DNA from: Xylographa opegraphella
Lineage: Eukaryota
NCBI GenBank assembly: GCA_022813865.1
Contig: JALDZX010000014.1
Coordinates: 62,001-126,000, forward strand
DNA: 64,000 nucleotides
Reading direction: 5' to 3'
Below the pieces are notes generated by a model that was not told where the DNA came from, ran no database searches, and saw nothing but the letters and a program-made list of their open reading frames with translations. A program made the translations under genes and the position numbers. Every line of letters begins with the position of its first letter. Positions within the stretch are counted from its first letter, which is position 1. Positions 25,704 through 37,804 of the stretch are shown here, piece by piece.

Positions 25704-27331
25704 CGTGTCTTCGAGGAGCAGGCCTCGCGTGTAGTGCTCTTTAAGGGTGGTGTGCCCCGGATCTCAACTCCTTCTCGTGTATCTGCACCCACAGTACTGA
25801 GAGGAGTAGTGTAGACTGGTACCAGAAGTGTGGAGTTGTGGATTGCGTCTTAACGCAAATGACGCCGAAGTCGAGGTTGTAGATCACACGTTTAAGCTTT
25901 CGTAACGAGCAGCATTTGGCGTCCACCTGATGAGGCCGTGAGCGTTCTACCACGCAGACCTGAGCCCCCCAATCTTGAGTATTCGACCAAAAGAAAACAC
26001 TCTCGCCGATCGAGTGACGAGACACCGCAAAAGCTTGAAGACCACAACAGACCACAGTAAGCTAACACACCTTCCAAGAGTCGATGAGAGCGGAGAAGAG
26101 GGTCATTAATTATCAGGATTGCAGTGAAAGCAAAACACAATAACCTCCGGTGAAAGGATATAGAGACAGGAGCCCAGCTCTTCAAATCAATGAGAGTCCT
26201 GGGGACGACGTGCTTAGCAGCACGCAGCAATAAGATCAAGGATGTATACGGACCGTCGCTCAGTCGTGGCTCGAAGGAACGACGAGGGTGAACCAGAGAT
26301 GAGCACGGAGAGGAGTGAAAGGAAGAAGAATAACGAATATTCACGAGCACCATCGACACATGCTTCCGCCGTCATCTCGAAGGGGGCCGGAAAGCGCCCA
26401 AAGTTGTTTCTTACTCAGGGATCGACGTCGAGAGCCCCTTGCCAGCCCCAGCAATGTGTCCGGCTGTCCCTGAACTAACGGTACACGGGGGGGCTCAAAA
26501 TCCCCCCGGCAGCCAATTGCAGGTCGAAGCCAGCTAAGTTTGTGTCCTCCCGCGGTAAAGAATCCCCCGATGGGCGGTGGGGGTGACGGGATCCTGGTCA
26601 GGGGAGTGGTTCGCTGTCCGCAACGGGCCTAGGTCCTTTCTCCGTTCTGCTTTTAGAACCATTTAAAATGACACCCACGCTTAATAACTGCATCAGAAGT
26701 CATGTCAGCTCATGCGAACCGTGGAGTCTCACTGTTCACGAGAGGCTTGGTCTTGGTCCGTTGGCCATCACAAGACCGTTTCAAGGCAAGGGGACGGATT
26801 CTTGCAAGACCGCGGCTCAGGCCCAGTCTTGAGATCCTCCATGTTCAACATTGGTTTGACCCGCTTGACCGGCCGGCTTCAGGTCCTTCATTTGGGACAG
26901 CAGTATCGGAAGCGATTGACAACCTCGTCTGGACACACACGAACTGGCGGAATTGAGCCCGATGGATTGTCAGCAATTGTGCAAGGGCACAAATTATCCA
27001 TTCTGACTTGAACCTGGTCGAAGACGCTTATTGTGAAGCCATTGGAGCACAGAAACTACAAAAATACTTCTGCATGGTCCGGAAACCTATAGTCAAGGCT
27101 GAAGGTCTGGATTTGTTGCAGAGCTAACCGTATGACGGATGGAGCAGAACTTCTCCACGTCGAGAAGTGGACTAATGGCCGTAAGAATCAGATATCAAAA
27201 CCAGGCTGTAGGCCGTTACAGTATTCCACAAAGGACGGCGAAATCAACGATTGTCCCAATCTCAAGGGCTCTCCGGAGCTCAACTAACACCTGAAGACCA
27301 CCTTCAAACACTCATAAAATCACTTTGGTCT

Positions 27332-28083
27332 TCAAGCCTTCGCCGTCTTTTTCCCTAGCAGATCATCCACAAACCCACTCCACACTTCCCTCATCATACC
27401 CCCACTCTTCTTCACATTCTCCACGTTGTTCTCCATCATCCCTTTAGCCGCTTTCCCAACCTGCTTGGTCAGATCTGAGATGAGAGAGGACGTCAGCGAT
27501 GAGGGGCGGTGACGGGAGGACTGCAACCAGAACTCACCGAACATATCAATCTCCACCGAGTCATTATCCGTCACCTCGCTCATTGCGCTCACAACATTCG
27601 AGCTATCTGCACTCGCAGTCTCGATCGTGGGGCGGATGACGGGCTCCATGGCTTCTTGGTGAGCTATGCTGTGACGGAGGGGCTCATAATTGTCAGGCAG
27701 AAGCGGGATGCGCATGATTTCGGGAGGAGACGTTTGGCCCAGGGTGAATTGGGGCATGTAGGCGAAATCGATGGTGGACGAGTCGTTGACTGCTTTGAGC
27801 GAACGGGAGGTGTTGAAATGGCGACTTGCAGGAGTACCGCTGCAGAACTCGTCAGAACATGTCGTCGAAATCTGGTGATCGTCGAAGCAGGCGCCCCCGA
27901 GCCATACCTCTCTGATATCTGTTGTGTGTCTCGAGCGCCTTGGACAATGGCCGGCTCGCTCGCGAGCAGCTTCGAGGGCCTCGCATTGGACCCAGTGATG
28001 TGCAGGCGGCGAAGCTGCTGCTTGGGCACCGCTCCGCCAAAGCGCTGCTGGACCGTGCGGGCAGAGCTCCGAATAGCAGCCAT
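27332..28083 (-). CDS. Conserved fungal hypothetical protein with a probable mitochondrial presequence
   Basis: Arg-rich N-terminus MAAIRSSARTVQQRF; segments RHFNTSRSLKAVNDSSTIDFAYMP, RIPLLPDNY, VSAMSEVTDN and REVWSGFVDDLLG; GTATGG and GTGAGT donors. Confidence 0.7.
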
Positions 28084-28848
28084 ACCGGGCGAGGCGGAAG
28101 CAATACAAGTAGGTAGTTGTAGACAAAGGTCGAGCCGTATGAACACTAGATGACGAAGAACCCAATATCAAGAGTGCAAAGAAATTATCGGAAACAGGGA
28201 GATGAGCATCAGCATCCCAAGCACCCGAGATACCTACTTCTACAAAATAGGAACGCCCGAAACACACCTTATCGGTGAGCGAGACACCGCCCTTTACCCT
28301 TACCCCACACTGTTGAGGCCAGCTTCGGGAGCTTTCTAGCCCCCCCCCCCTGCTTTGTTAAGAACGAGCTTATCGGTACCCAATCAGCGGCTGCCAATGC
28401 TCAACGTTTGCGCGGCCGGACTCGGGGTTCGTCGGCTATCCTTAAGGGAGCGGGGCTTGGCATCCGGCTACACGCGCACGGCCACCGGATGTGAGAATTG
28501 GGGTTGTGCGGGCCGAGGCGGGATGTTCGTATCACGACTCAGTTGTGAGAATTGTTGGTAGGTATGTCTATCGCAGTGGACTTCTACATCCAACAAGCCA
28601 GCGTCTTACCCTCCATCGTGACGTTAGTATGAGCAAAAGCAAAAGCAAAACGCTATGCTTTTGACCGTGCCGTCTTCCTCCAGGCTTGAAAAGCGCCTAG
28701 CTGTTCAGCATACATCGAGCGCAGAACATGTTACCCCGAACATGGACGGAAGCTTCATTCAAGCCAACCACGTTGAGTAGTCTCTCGGCCGTAGACTCAT
28801 TCCCTTCTGGAACTCCCAAACACCAAACCATCAAAACTCATGCCGTCC

Positions 28849-30877
28849 TCATGAGCTCGGCAGAATTACCTGTTGCACCCCACTCGTCACTGCATCGACC
28901 GGATCCGACCCCGGCTCCACGGGCGCAGCGCCCCCCGTGGCCGTGGCCTCCACGCTCTGCTGCTCAACGGCCTTCTGTTCCACGGGCTTCTTCGCCTTCT
29001 TCGCCGCTTTCTTCGCCTTGTCGGCCGCTTTGGCCGCCGCCTTCTTCGCCGCCTCTTGCTCGCGCTTCAGTCTTTCAGCTTGGGAGCCGCCGTACATCTC
29101 CCGCCATTCGTCCGCTTTCTTCGGGTCGATCTGCGAGAAGAGATACTTGGCTTTGCCAATATTGTGGCCCGGTTTGATGTCGTCTGCGGTCCAATGAGCG
29201 GGGATGTGGAGGAAGGGCGCGTGGAGTTGCTCGAGGATGGATTTGGAGGTGGCGGGTAGGTAGGGCTCGAAGACACTGGCGCATAACAGGATGAGGTTGA
29301 TTGCAATGCCGGTGACTGCGGCGGCTTTCTCGGGCTCGTTCGCCGCAAGCTTGTTGTCGAAGCCTTGGGTTTGGAGGAAGTTGTTCCCTGCCTGGGCGAT
29401 GTGCATAGCGGTTTGGAGACCTGCTCTAAGCTTCACGCCTTCCAGGTCTTCGCAATATTGTTTGAGGTGGGCGTTGACTTCGTTTTTGACATGGTCAAAT
29501 GCAGAATTCGAGTGCATTTTGGTGTAGTCGGGGATCACGGAGTTGTATATCTTGCTATTGACAAGCTTGATGACCCTATTGACGAAGTTTCCCAGCTTGG
29601 CGAGCAGCTCGTTATTGTTCTGCGCAATGAAGGATTCCCATTCGAACTGGGTGTCTCCGACCTCTGGCCGGTTTTGCAGAAGATAATACCGCCACACATC
29701 AGCTGGAACTCCGGTGTCCTTCGCGTTATTACCGAACACCCCGACACCTCTTGATTTCGAAAATTTGCCCTTTTCATAGTTGAGGTACTCCGTGGTTGAG
29801 AGATGATGAAGCTTGGTCCACGTGTCGCGGGTTGCGATTTGGCAACCGGGAAAGATGACCGTGTGGAAAGGAACGTTGTCCTTCCCCATGAACTGGTAGA
29901 GCTGCACGTTCTCAGGATCCCGCCACCATTTTTCCCATTCATCGGTGTAGTTCGCTGTGATTGAGACATATCCTATACACGCATCGAACCAGACGTAAAA
30001 TACCTTATCTTTGAATACCTCCTTGTCCTCCTCGCTCTCAAAGACATCCAGTGGAATTGGCACGCCCCATTTCAGGTCTCGAGTAATGCCACGATCCCTC
30101 AACCCCATCTTCAGCCACGCGTCCGTGATCAGTCTTCCATTGGCAGACCATGATCCTTTCTCGCTGGATTCCTTGACCCACTCTTCTATCTCTGGTTGTA
30201 ACTTGTCCAGCAACAGGTGTATATGCTTCGTATCCCTCGCAACCGGCGTCACATCCGGGTCGATCTTGCACCTAGCATTCTTGAGGTCCAGAGGTTCGTA
30301 GTCCACCGACCCGCATTTATCGCACTGATCCCCACGAGCATCCTCGTAGCCACATTTCGGACACGTCCCTTCGATGTACCGATCGGCGAGGAACGCCTTA
30401 TGCTTCTCGCAATAGGGCTGTCTCGACGTCCGCTGGATTGTATAGCCATTCTTGTAAAGCTTCCGAAAGATGCTCTGTGTGATCTCCTCCTGCTGCCTCG
30501 TAGAAGTCCGGCCAAATATATCGAACCCTATCTCAAACCACTCGTATATCTCGGCATGGATCTTCGCATACTTGTCACACAGCTCCCTCGGCGAGATACC
30601 TTCTTCGAGGGCCTTCGTTTCCGTAGCGGTGCCAAACTCATCGGTCCCGCAGATGTAGAGCGTCGGTCGACCGCAAGCTTTATTGTATCTGGATCTGGGA
30701 TTAGCAGATATTGCCACAGATTCATAATATCGCTTGCGACCTTGAGAAGACGTCTGCACTAAGTACGCTTCCGACTATATTGCCAAGGTGAGGCACGTTG
30801 TTCACGTAAGGGAGGGCGCTGGTGATAAGAATATTCCTTTCGCCCTTCTTAGGCAACGTCTTCTGCGGTTTCTCCAT
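28849..30877 (-). CDS. MES1: Cytosolic methionyl-tRNA synthetase
   Basis: [16 protein letters not shown] (HIGH-like), [10 protein letters not shown], Zn knuckle [27 protein letters not shown] and KFSKS (KMSKS-like); one intron near the 5' end. Confidence 0.97.
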
Positions 30878-30938
30878 AATAAAGGGTATCAGATTAAAAG
30901 GCCAGAAGAATGGGAGAAACCGTTCAAGCGGGGTTACG

Positions 30939-30945
30939 TGAGTCA
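30939..30945. promoter_or_regulatory. Gcn4/CpcA (cross-pathway control) element TGAGTCA upstream of MetRS
   Basis: A perfect TGA(C/G)TCA lies 62 bp upstream of the MES1 ATG, with further TGACTC cores at 31145 and 31204. Aminoacyl-tRNA synthetases are established Gcn4/CpcA targets. Confidence 0.6.
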
Positions 30946-31522
30946 GACTTTTGCCCACCCTTCGTCTCCACGCCTTAGCAGTTGCTACTAGTAACCCTTA
31001 AATACTTTACCTACAAAGAGCAACAGATTGCAACTTCAATGATAAAGCCGTAAAGTGTATCGCACGCCATTCTACTGTGCGGCAGCCAATATCAATGCCT
31101 GCATGTACATACATGTCTACCACTTAGATTCTGCAAATAACAGTTGACTCTTCTTGACCATTGCATGCAAGGCTCACGTCACTCAATTGGCTCACTCACA
31201 AGTTGACTCCAGATTTTGCAATGTTGTAGTCTAGAACATTCCCACTTTTCGTGCCCCCATATATATGCCCGCAGGCCACAATAATCCGCAATTTTACCCG
31301 GCCCGTGTTTACGCGTTTACCGCGCTTAGGGTAAATTCAGCAATATGCATCTATCTACCATTCAATCGAAATCTTTATTGGGTTCATTAACATTATCATT
31401 TTATGCACGTTGTTTTCAATGATCAACTCTATAAGTCGACGCGCATCAGAACTCCATCTATATATTCTCAAAAATGCTGTCGTGTCCTCCACTCCATCCC
31501 TGCCTCGGAAGCTATAATGAAA

Positions 31523-33728
31523 TCACTCGTACGCCGCCGTCACGCTACCAATCTCCTTGCCGTCGATTTCTAGGGAGAACTTCATCACGGCCGCCTCGAT
31601 GGTGACCGCCAGGTTGTAGTAAACATCGTAGTATGTGGCACCTTTGGTCGACGTCTGCCTCTTGAAGTGGCTGCGGTCAACGCCCGTCAGGTCGGATGTT
31701 AAAACGCAATTAGTCCTGGTGACGCCCGCTCTCGGATACTTGGCCGGCTGAATGGCCTCGCATTGGATGAGCTCGTCCGTGAAGATGAGCGCTTTGGGAG
31801 GAAAGTTTTCTTCCAGCGAGCGATAGAAGGGGAAGATCAGCTTCTGATCGCGCTTGAGGTCTTCACCTTGGTAGATGTACCATGTCATCTAATCACGCGA
31901 AGGTTAGTCGGGGAGGGCTTCTGGAGTTACGGCTTTGCAGATTAGGTGACCGACCTTTGACACTCTGTCAACACCAGTATAGGTATCTTTTTTCTTTATC
32001 TGTCCGCTATCTTCCGCCTCGTTGTACGTTGACATCGCCGACACCCCGTAATGCCTTGTTGCCACACTCGAAGTGATGCTTGCTTCTTGGGGCAATTGGG
32101 ATAAGACCGCACCTCTGGAACTCATGTCAGTTCAGTCATTCGTCAGTGGTGCGCCGAAACTAACTTGACGATCGCGGACCAGGCATCGTGTGGCTGAATG
32201 ATTTGTATATTCGCATGCGCCGCTTCGAGACACTGCTTTAGATACTCGCTCGAGCCAAATCCACCAACTAAGAAGATCGCCTGTTTTCGGATTCAGCTAA
32301 AGTGCGGCTTACATGCGGGCTTGGCTACCTTGATTTCTTTCGCTTTGGGGTGATTCTCTGTCATCCGTTTGACAGTTACGAGATTGACTTGATCATCGAC
32401 CAATCTCAGTATATCGGTAATGAGAGGTTGGAATATCCGTTTCAGAGCGTCTCTGACGTACTTTAGCATCGAGAAGCATCCGAGAACCCGTGGCATTAGC
32501 GCTTACCCTTTCAGGTTCCAGCAGTTGGCTTGGATATTGTTTGCCGGATCGTCTTGGAGGTTGGCCATTGGAAAGTTCACGTACCACTCCTCATCTGCTG
32601 CTCCTCTGAATGCCGTTTTGATCGTTCTGTCGAATTGCAGCATCGCTTCTTCGAAGCCCTTTGTCTTACGTAGATGATAGAACTGATCCTCGCCTACCAC
32701 ATCCTTGACAGCTTGTTCGAAACGCCTGTTTAAGCCTAGAGATCCAGCCATACCGCCTTTCCACAAGAGTTAGGTCATTCAATGCAACCAGGGAGAAAGG
32801 GAGAGGCCAATCGATTTACCTTTACCAGGTACTAATTCTTTCAGCTCGAGACGAGGTAGCAGTGCGGTAATCTCGTAGGATATAAGGTCAACTGTGCCGC
32901 CACCAGCATCGCAAAGCACGAAAGCATCTCCAATCTTGACCATTTCGTTTAGTACAAACTCACTAAGACAGAGAAAGTTCAACAGCTTACTGCCAACGCC
33001 TTATCTTGTAGTACATGGAGTGTGTAAAGCGCAGCGGCCTCCGGTTCTTTTATTAACGCGACCGGATGTATGCCAGCTTGCTTAGCTGCCTGCAATACCC
33101 AAATCAGTCATTGCCTTATAATCGCAAGAAGAGAACTTGCCTTCAAGGTCGTATCTTTGGCTTTGTCTGACCAGACAGCCGGAACCGAAAGGACGAATTT
33201 CTTCTGGCACATTTGCAAGTAGTCCGCAGGCATTTTTGATTCTATTCTACCCATAGCATGTTTATAAATGGCGCTAATATAGTCCGCTGCAACATCGACT
33301 GCAGGCTTTCCCAGTCGCTTTAATTCGGCGGCAGTATTTGATGCAGGGAGATAGATGGGTGTTTCTTGCTCTACGTCGAGGAGTAGTTTGATGCCTTCGA
33401 TTCTCTCATTCTTGTGTTTTTGCGCTCCCCATGTAAACGAGTTCCGGTCCTTTCGGTCATAGCTAATCACCGTTGGGACCTTCGGTTGCTTGTGTCCTTC
33501 AAGCCCTTTAAACTATATCAGCTGGGTACTGACTCCGATTCTTGTTGTGGATTTCAATATACCAGGCCAGTCCAAAATCGAGACAAGGTCCGGTTTGTTC
33601 GAGTTTGGAAACGCGTAAGCTACGCCGCTGAACGTCGTTCCAAAGTCCAAACCTATAATGAGTTGATCTTCCGTTTCATGTACTTTGAGTACCGACCGAA
33701 GAAGTTCGTCGAGCCGGTTTGAATCCAT
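31523..33728 (-). CDS. Atypical Hsp70-family ATPase (HSPA12-like, actin-like fold), many exons
   Basis: IIGLDFGTTFSGVAYA, FVLSVPAVWSDKAK, IKEPEAAALYTL, FVLCDAGGGTVDLISYEI, IFLVGGFGSSEYL, AWSAIVK/GAVL and ATRHYGV. No canonical DnaK lid or EEVD tail. Confidence 0.9.
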
Positions 33729-34465
33729 AATTCAATAATCAAGCTCCACCAGGTTGAAATCTCGGCGTGGCGTAAAACGTGTTGCGCAAATGGTCGCGGC
33801 GATGAAGAATCCAAACAGGACCGAACTTATAATAATTCTCTACTTAAAGAAGGCTGTGAGTCTGGACCCAAGGACTGTGTGACAGATGAATGGATGTGGA
33901 CCTGGGCAAGCGCCGACTTAGCCCTTATGCAGCATGGTAGCCATGTGGAAATGAGGACGAATTGATCAATGCAAGTCCTGCATATGTCCGAGTCGCAGCC
34001 TTGCGGAAACATGGCTTTATCAAGAATATGAATGGCCGGTTCTTGAACCCTGTAGCACGCTGGCGAAAGATTAGAGACATGGACCAATCCAATCTTGCAC
34101 AACCCCAAAACGTAGCCTTGTCGGACATGGATAGATCCAAGAATATATGCCCCTACCGAGACCCCGCAGCGCCGAGGAGAAAATTTGACAAATCCAAGCC
34201 TTGAACAAACCGGAATCGGAGCCTTGTTGAGGTACGGTAGCATTCGAAGAGAGTCTGGCGCCTACCTATGACTTGATTCGTAAGTACCTAACAAACTGCG
34301 CATGCAGGCTGGGCAATTTTGAAAGCGCCACCGTAGCCTTGCTTAAGTAATACTGGCTGCAACCCGAATTTTCGACCACTGACAACCCGAAATCTCTTTG
34401 TCGCGCCTAATCTCTTGTTCCGTCACTTTACCATCTCGAGGGAAGAATTTGTGGAATCCAATATT

Positions 34466-35925
34466 ATGTTAAGTAACGAGCAATTAGAAAAGACAATGGA
34501 GCAAAGATCAGGACAATACCCGCCGCTACCTCCTAGGCTATCGGATACAGACCTGATGGCTCAATATAGTCAAGATTTGGGAGGTGTAAAGCAGGCAATC
34601 GAGAAAAACTTACACGAGGTTCATGATAGCCTGGCAAACCGTTTTGTGAGTCTTGGTCAAGACCTGAAAACTCTTACCAGCGTAATTCAGCAAGACCAGG
34701 CACGAGGCAGTCAAGGAGTAAGCATCTCCTTAACACCCTTCCGCGATATCCAATTTTAGACCGACTATAAGAAGCTGCGGCGACTGAGAAATCACTTTCT
34801 AGAGCTCCGACAGCCGACTGTGGATGATACTTGGCCGCTTCACCACACCAACTACACACACCCAATTGAACAACCCTGAGAAACAAGTCGAACAAACACT
34901 CAATGATCTGCTGATCAGAATAAATGACCTCAACGCCGAGAAGGACGTCACATTGCAAGAGAATAGGCGATATCAGGAAAGAATTGCGGAACTCGAGAAA
35001 AATTGCCGTGAGCTTGAGGTCAATAGACGTCGGCTGCAAGAGCAAACAACTAAGTTGAGAGAGATCATCATCAAGGGAGGGAGCAACGATAACGAGCCAT
35101 TGGACCACGTGATCATCAACACATTTTCTGGATTGAGAGGTCTAATCCAAAAGATCGTCCACAAGTATTATCCCAAAGCGTACTTGATGGAACCAACGAA
35201 GCTCGAGAAAGGGGGTAACAAGTTGTTCGAAAGACAAAAAGCCTTCTTCCGTGGGGACTACCTCCACATGTCAGAAGATATTCGCCGGTTTCGAGTCCGA
35301 GCAAAGATATTCCAGCTTTTGCAAGAAAGAATCTTTGACGAGCCTTGCTTCGGACTGAGTCCTGAGATCGAAGACGGCCTAGCAGAGTTCGAAGCACGGT
35401 TGAAATCGAGCAATAAAGGTTAGTCGTTTAAAGATGAGACCAATCACAAAACCTAACAGCTGAGCAGGTAGTCTAGCAGAAATTGCTGAGTGGAGAAGGC
35501 GCACTGTCGAGTACGCTGAGTGGTTGAATGGTAGAAGTAGTAGGCCGGAACAGACAGCGAAGTACATTTACGACTTCATGCAACCATTGATACCTCTACC
35601 TCGAGATGTCCCCAAGGGCCATCCGTCTGCAGAAGCGACGTACGAGAGTAGCCTTACGTTACTGTGCAGCGATGCTCTGAAACTCCAGCTACTACTGAGA
35701 AGATGCAAGGCTGACTATAGATTCGAATCCTTCAAGGACGGAACGGTAATCAGCGCCACTGTTGGGTCCGAGATAACTGAGCAGGCTTTCGATGGACCGT
35801 TCGATGCAAATGTCCAACAGTCGGTGGCGATTGCATTCACAATATCGGGTGCCCTTGTAAAGTATGACTCTGCAACGGGTGACCGCTTTGTCCTCGAGAA
35901 GGGCCATGTGGTTTCGCGTGCATAG
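34466..35925 (+). CDS. Coiled-coil protein with a putative GrpE-like C-terminal domain, 3 exons
   Basis: Introns 34718-34802 and 35419-35467 join ORFs 34415, 34824 and 35524 in frame. A heptad-rich segment (LNDLLIRINDLNAEK...LREII) precedes the C-terminal IAFTISGALVKY..TGDRFVLEKGHVV. Confidence 0.75.
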
Positions 35926-36607
35926 AGAACGAGGGTACGTGTGAGTTCAAGAGGCACATTGTAGATCTTGATAATCGTCGAAATGATGTCGAAGAAACAC
36001 ACTTGTTCAATATGTGATGGTTGTGCTTCCATGTGTGTCGCATGGTGCAGAAATCTTGCAGTACAAAGACTTGAGATTGTGTTTTCCAAAGCTCTAGCCC
36101 TATTCAGATAATAACTGACTAAGGTAGAACCTTAGTCAGTTATTAGTTCCTTTGCTCGGCCGCTTCCGAACCGATGCTTTGACAGCCAGGAACTATCCAT
36201 TTGACATCCTGGATAACAACGACAACAACAATAATGATGATGATTTTACTTGTGCGTGATACTAGCCACAAGAACAGGTCTTCCGTACTGGACTCCTCGG
36301 CGGCATCTTTGTAGTTTGATAAATATGAATAAACTCATGGGCGTTGTCTCAGGACGTACACGAGGGTCAAACGAATGTTCATGATAAACTTATTCACCGA
36401 CGGGCGAGCGCATGATGATGCTCGAACTGATCCGTCGAGTGATCCTAAGCACAAACGCGTTCCATCAACCATCATCGGAGATGGCCTCGGCGTTGGCTAA
36501 TCACTAGTCTAAGAACAGAAGTAGATACAAAGTTCGCCTGTACATTACATTACCACTGGAGGAAGTGCATATTCCCCTCAGATATACATACAGGCTGCAT
36601 AACTTCT

Positions 36608-37804
36608 TCAGCTGCCCCCGTCACTCGAATCCTGTTTCCAAATCGTCGTGCCTTTATCCTCATCCAGACTGTCCCGGACAATCTCGATCTCGCTCTCGCT
36701 GGGGCTTCTCTTCCCGCTGTTCGAGACAGCCATCAGCGTCGTGCCCATCAGGCTGGCGACCTTGCGGTCTTTGAAGGTCACCGCCGTCGGCGAGGGTGAG
36801 TACTGCGACTGCGTGAGGATATTTTTCGCTGGCTCGCTGGATACTTCGATGTGCTGGGTCTTGTGGATTTGATTCAATTCGTGGCGCTCGGGGGGTGAGA
36901 CGGTCGAGGATCGACCGGCCTTGCTCGAGCCCGAAATGACGATCTGGTTGTTGACGTTATTCATATTGTGCCATGCAGGGCCGTTGGAGGATAGGGGCGC
37001 CCCGTTCCCAAAATCGCCTGCGTTGTCTCCCACCCTGTTGCCGTTGTAGAGCCCAGCTTGCACGAGGCCCACCAACTGGTTGAGTACGGCGAACTCGAGC
37101 TTGAGTTTGAAAGCATAGAGCATGGGTTTGATGGATGCCTCGCCGACATATTCGTTGGTGTATTCCAAACAGATCAAGATGATGTCCATACCGATGCAGA
37201 GGGAATTGATAAGGATCAATTGCCACATCACCCGACGGGTCATGCGATGCGAGAGTGACTTGAGTATCCGGATCGTGGCCCATAGGTAGATCGTAGAGAT
37301 GATGAATTCTTGGATGCAGAAACCGGTAAGCTGGATCCGTTCCATCACGTTGAACATGCCGCTCCATGAAGCAGCATTAGGTGAATTGCTGCCCACCGTG
37401 AATACAATCGTCGGTACATGAAGCGCAAATATGTTGAAAATGATCAACCAGAGGACGTAACGGGTGATCCTGTGATCGCGGACCACCAGATGCAGCCGGG
37501 AGAATAGCACGAGTGCTTGACCAGTCACCATACCGACCCACCCAATCTCGATGAACGGAATAGGCACCCACCATGAGGTGCCGACGAGGAATTTGAGGAT
37601 GAAGCCGAGTGCGTGTAAAACACAACCCCAAGAACTGATCAGAAGCGACCAAAAATACAGGCCTCGGTACCGCTTGAAGGTGAGGAATACGGTCAAGTTG
37701 AGTTCCACAGCAAAGGCCCACGCGACAGCGGTACACGCAGCTAACACGCAGTACTGAACTGGATCATATGGGAGTGTGCCCGTTGTGGTCCCTTCGGTAG
37801 ACAT
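36608..37804 (-). CDS. Integral membrane protein, about 7 TM, fungal GPCR-like (DUF7703-type)
   Basis: Single-exon ORF with FKRYRGLYFWSLL, MVTGQALVLFSRLHLV, ERIQLTGFCIQEFIISTIY and YAFKLKLEFAVLNQL, then a hydrophilic tail. Confidence 0.8.
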   Translation of the reverse strand: MSTEGTTTGTLPYDPVQYCVLAACTAVAWAFAVELNLTVFLTFKRYRGLYFWSLLISSWGCVLHALGFILKFLVGTSWWVPIPFIEIGWVGMVTGQALVLFSRLHLVVRDHRITRYVLWLIIFNIFALHVPTIVFTVGSNSPNAASWSGMFNVMERIQLTGFCIQEFIISTIYLWATIRILKSLSHRMTRRVMWQLILINSLCIGMDIILICLEYTNEYVGEASIKPMLYAFKLKLEFAVLNQLVGLVQAGLYNGNRVGDNAGDFGNGAPLSSNGPAWHNMNNVNNQIVISGSSKAGRSSTVSPPERHELNQIHKTQHIEVSSEPAKNILTQSQYSPSPTAVTFKDRKVASLMGTTLMAVSNSGKRSPSESEIEIVRDSLDEDKGTTIWKQDSSDGGS

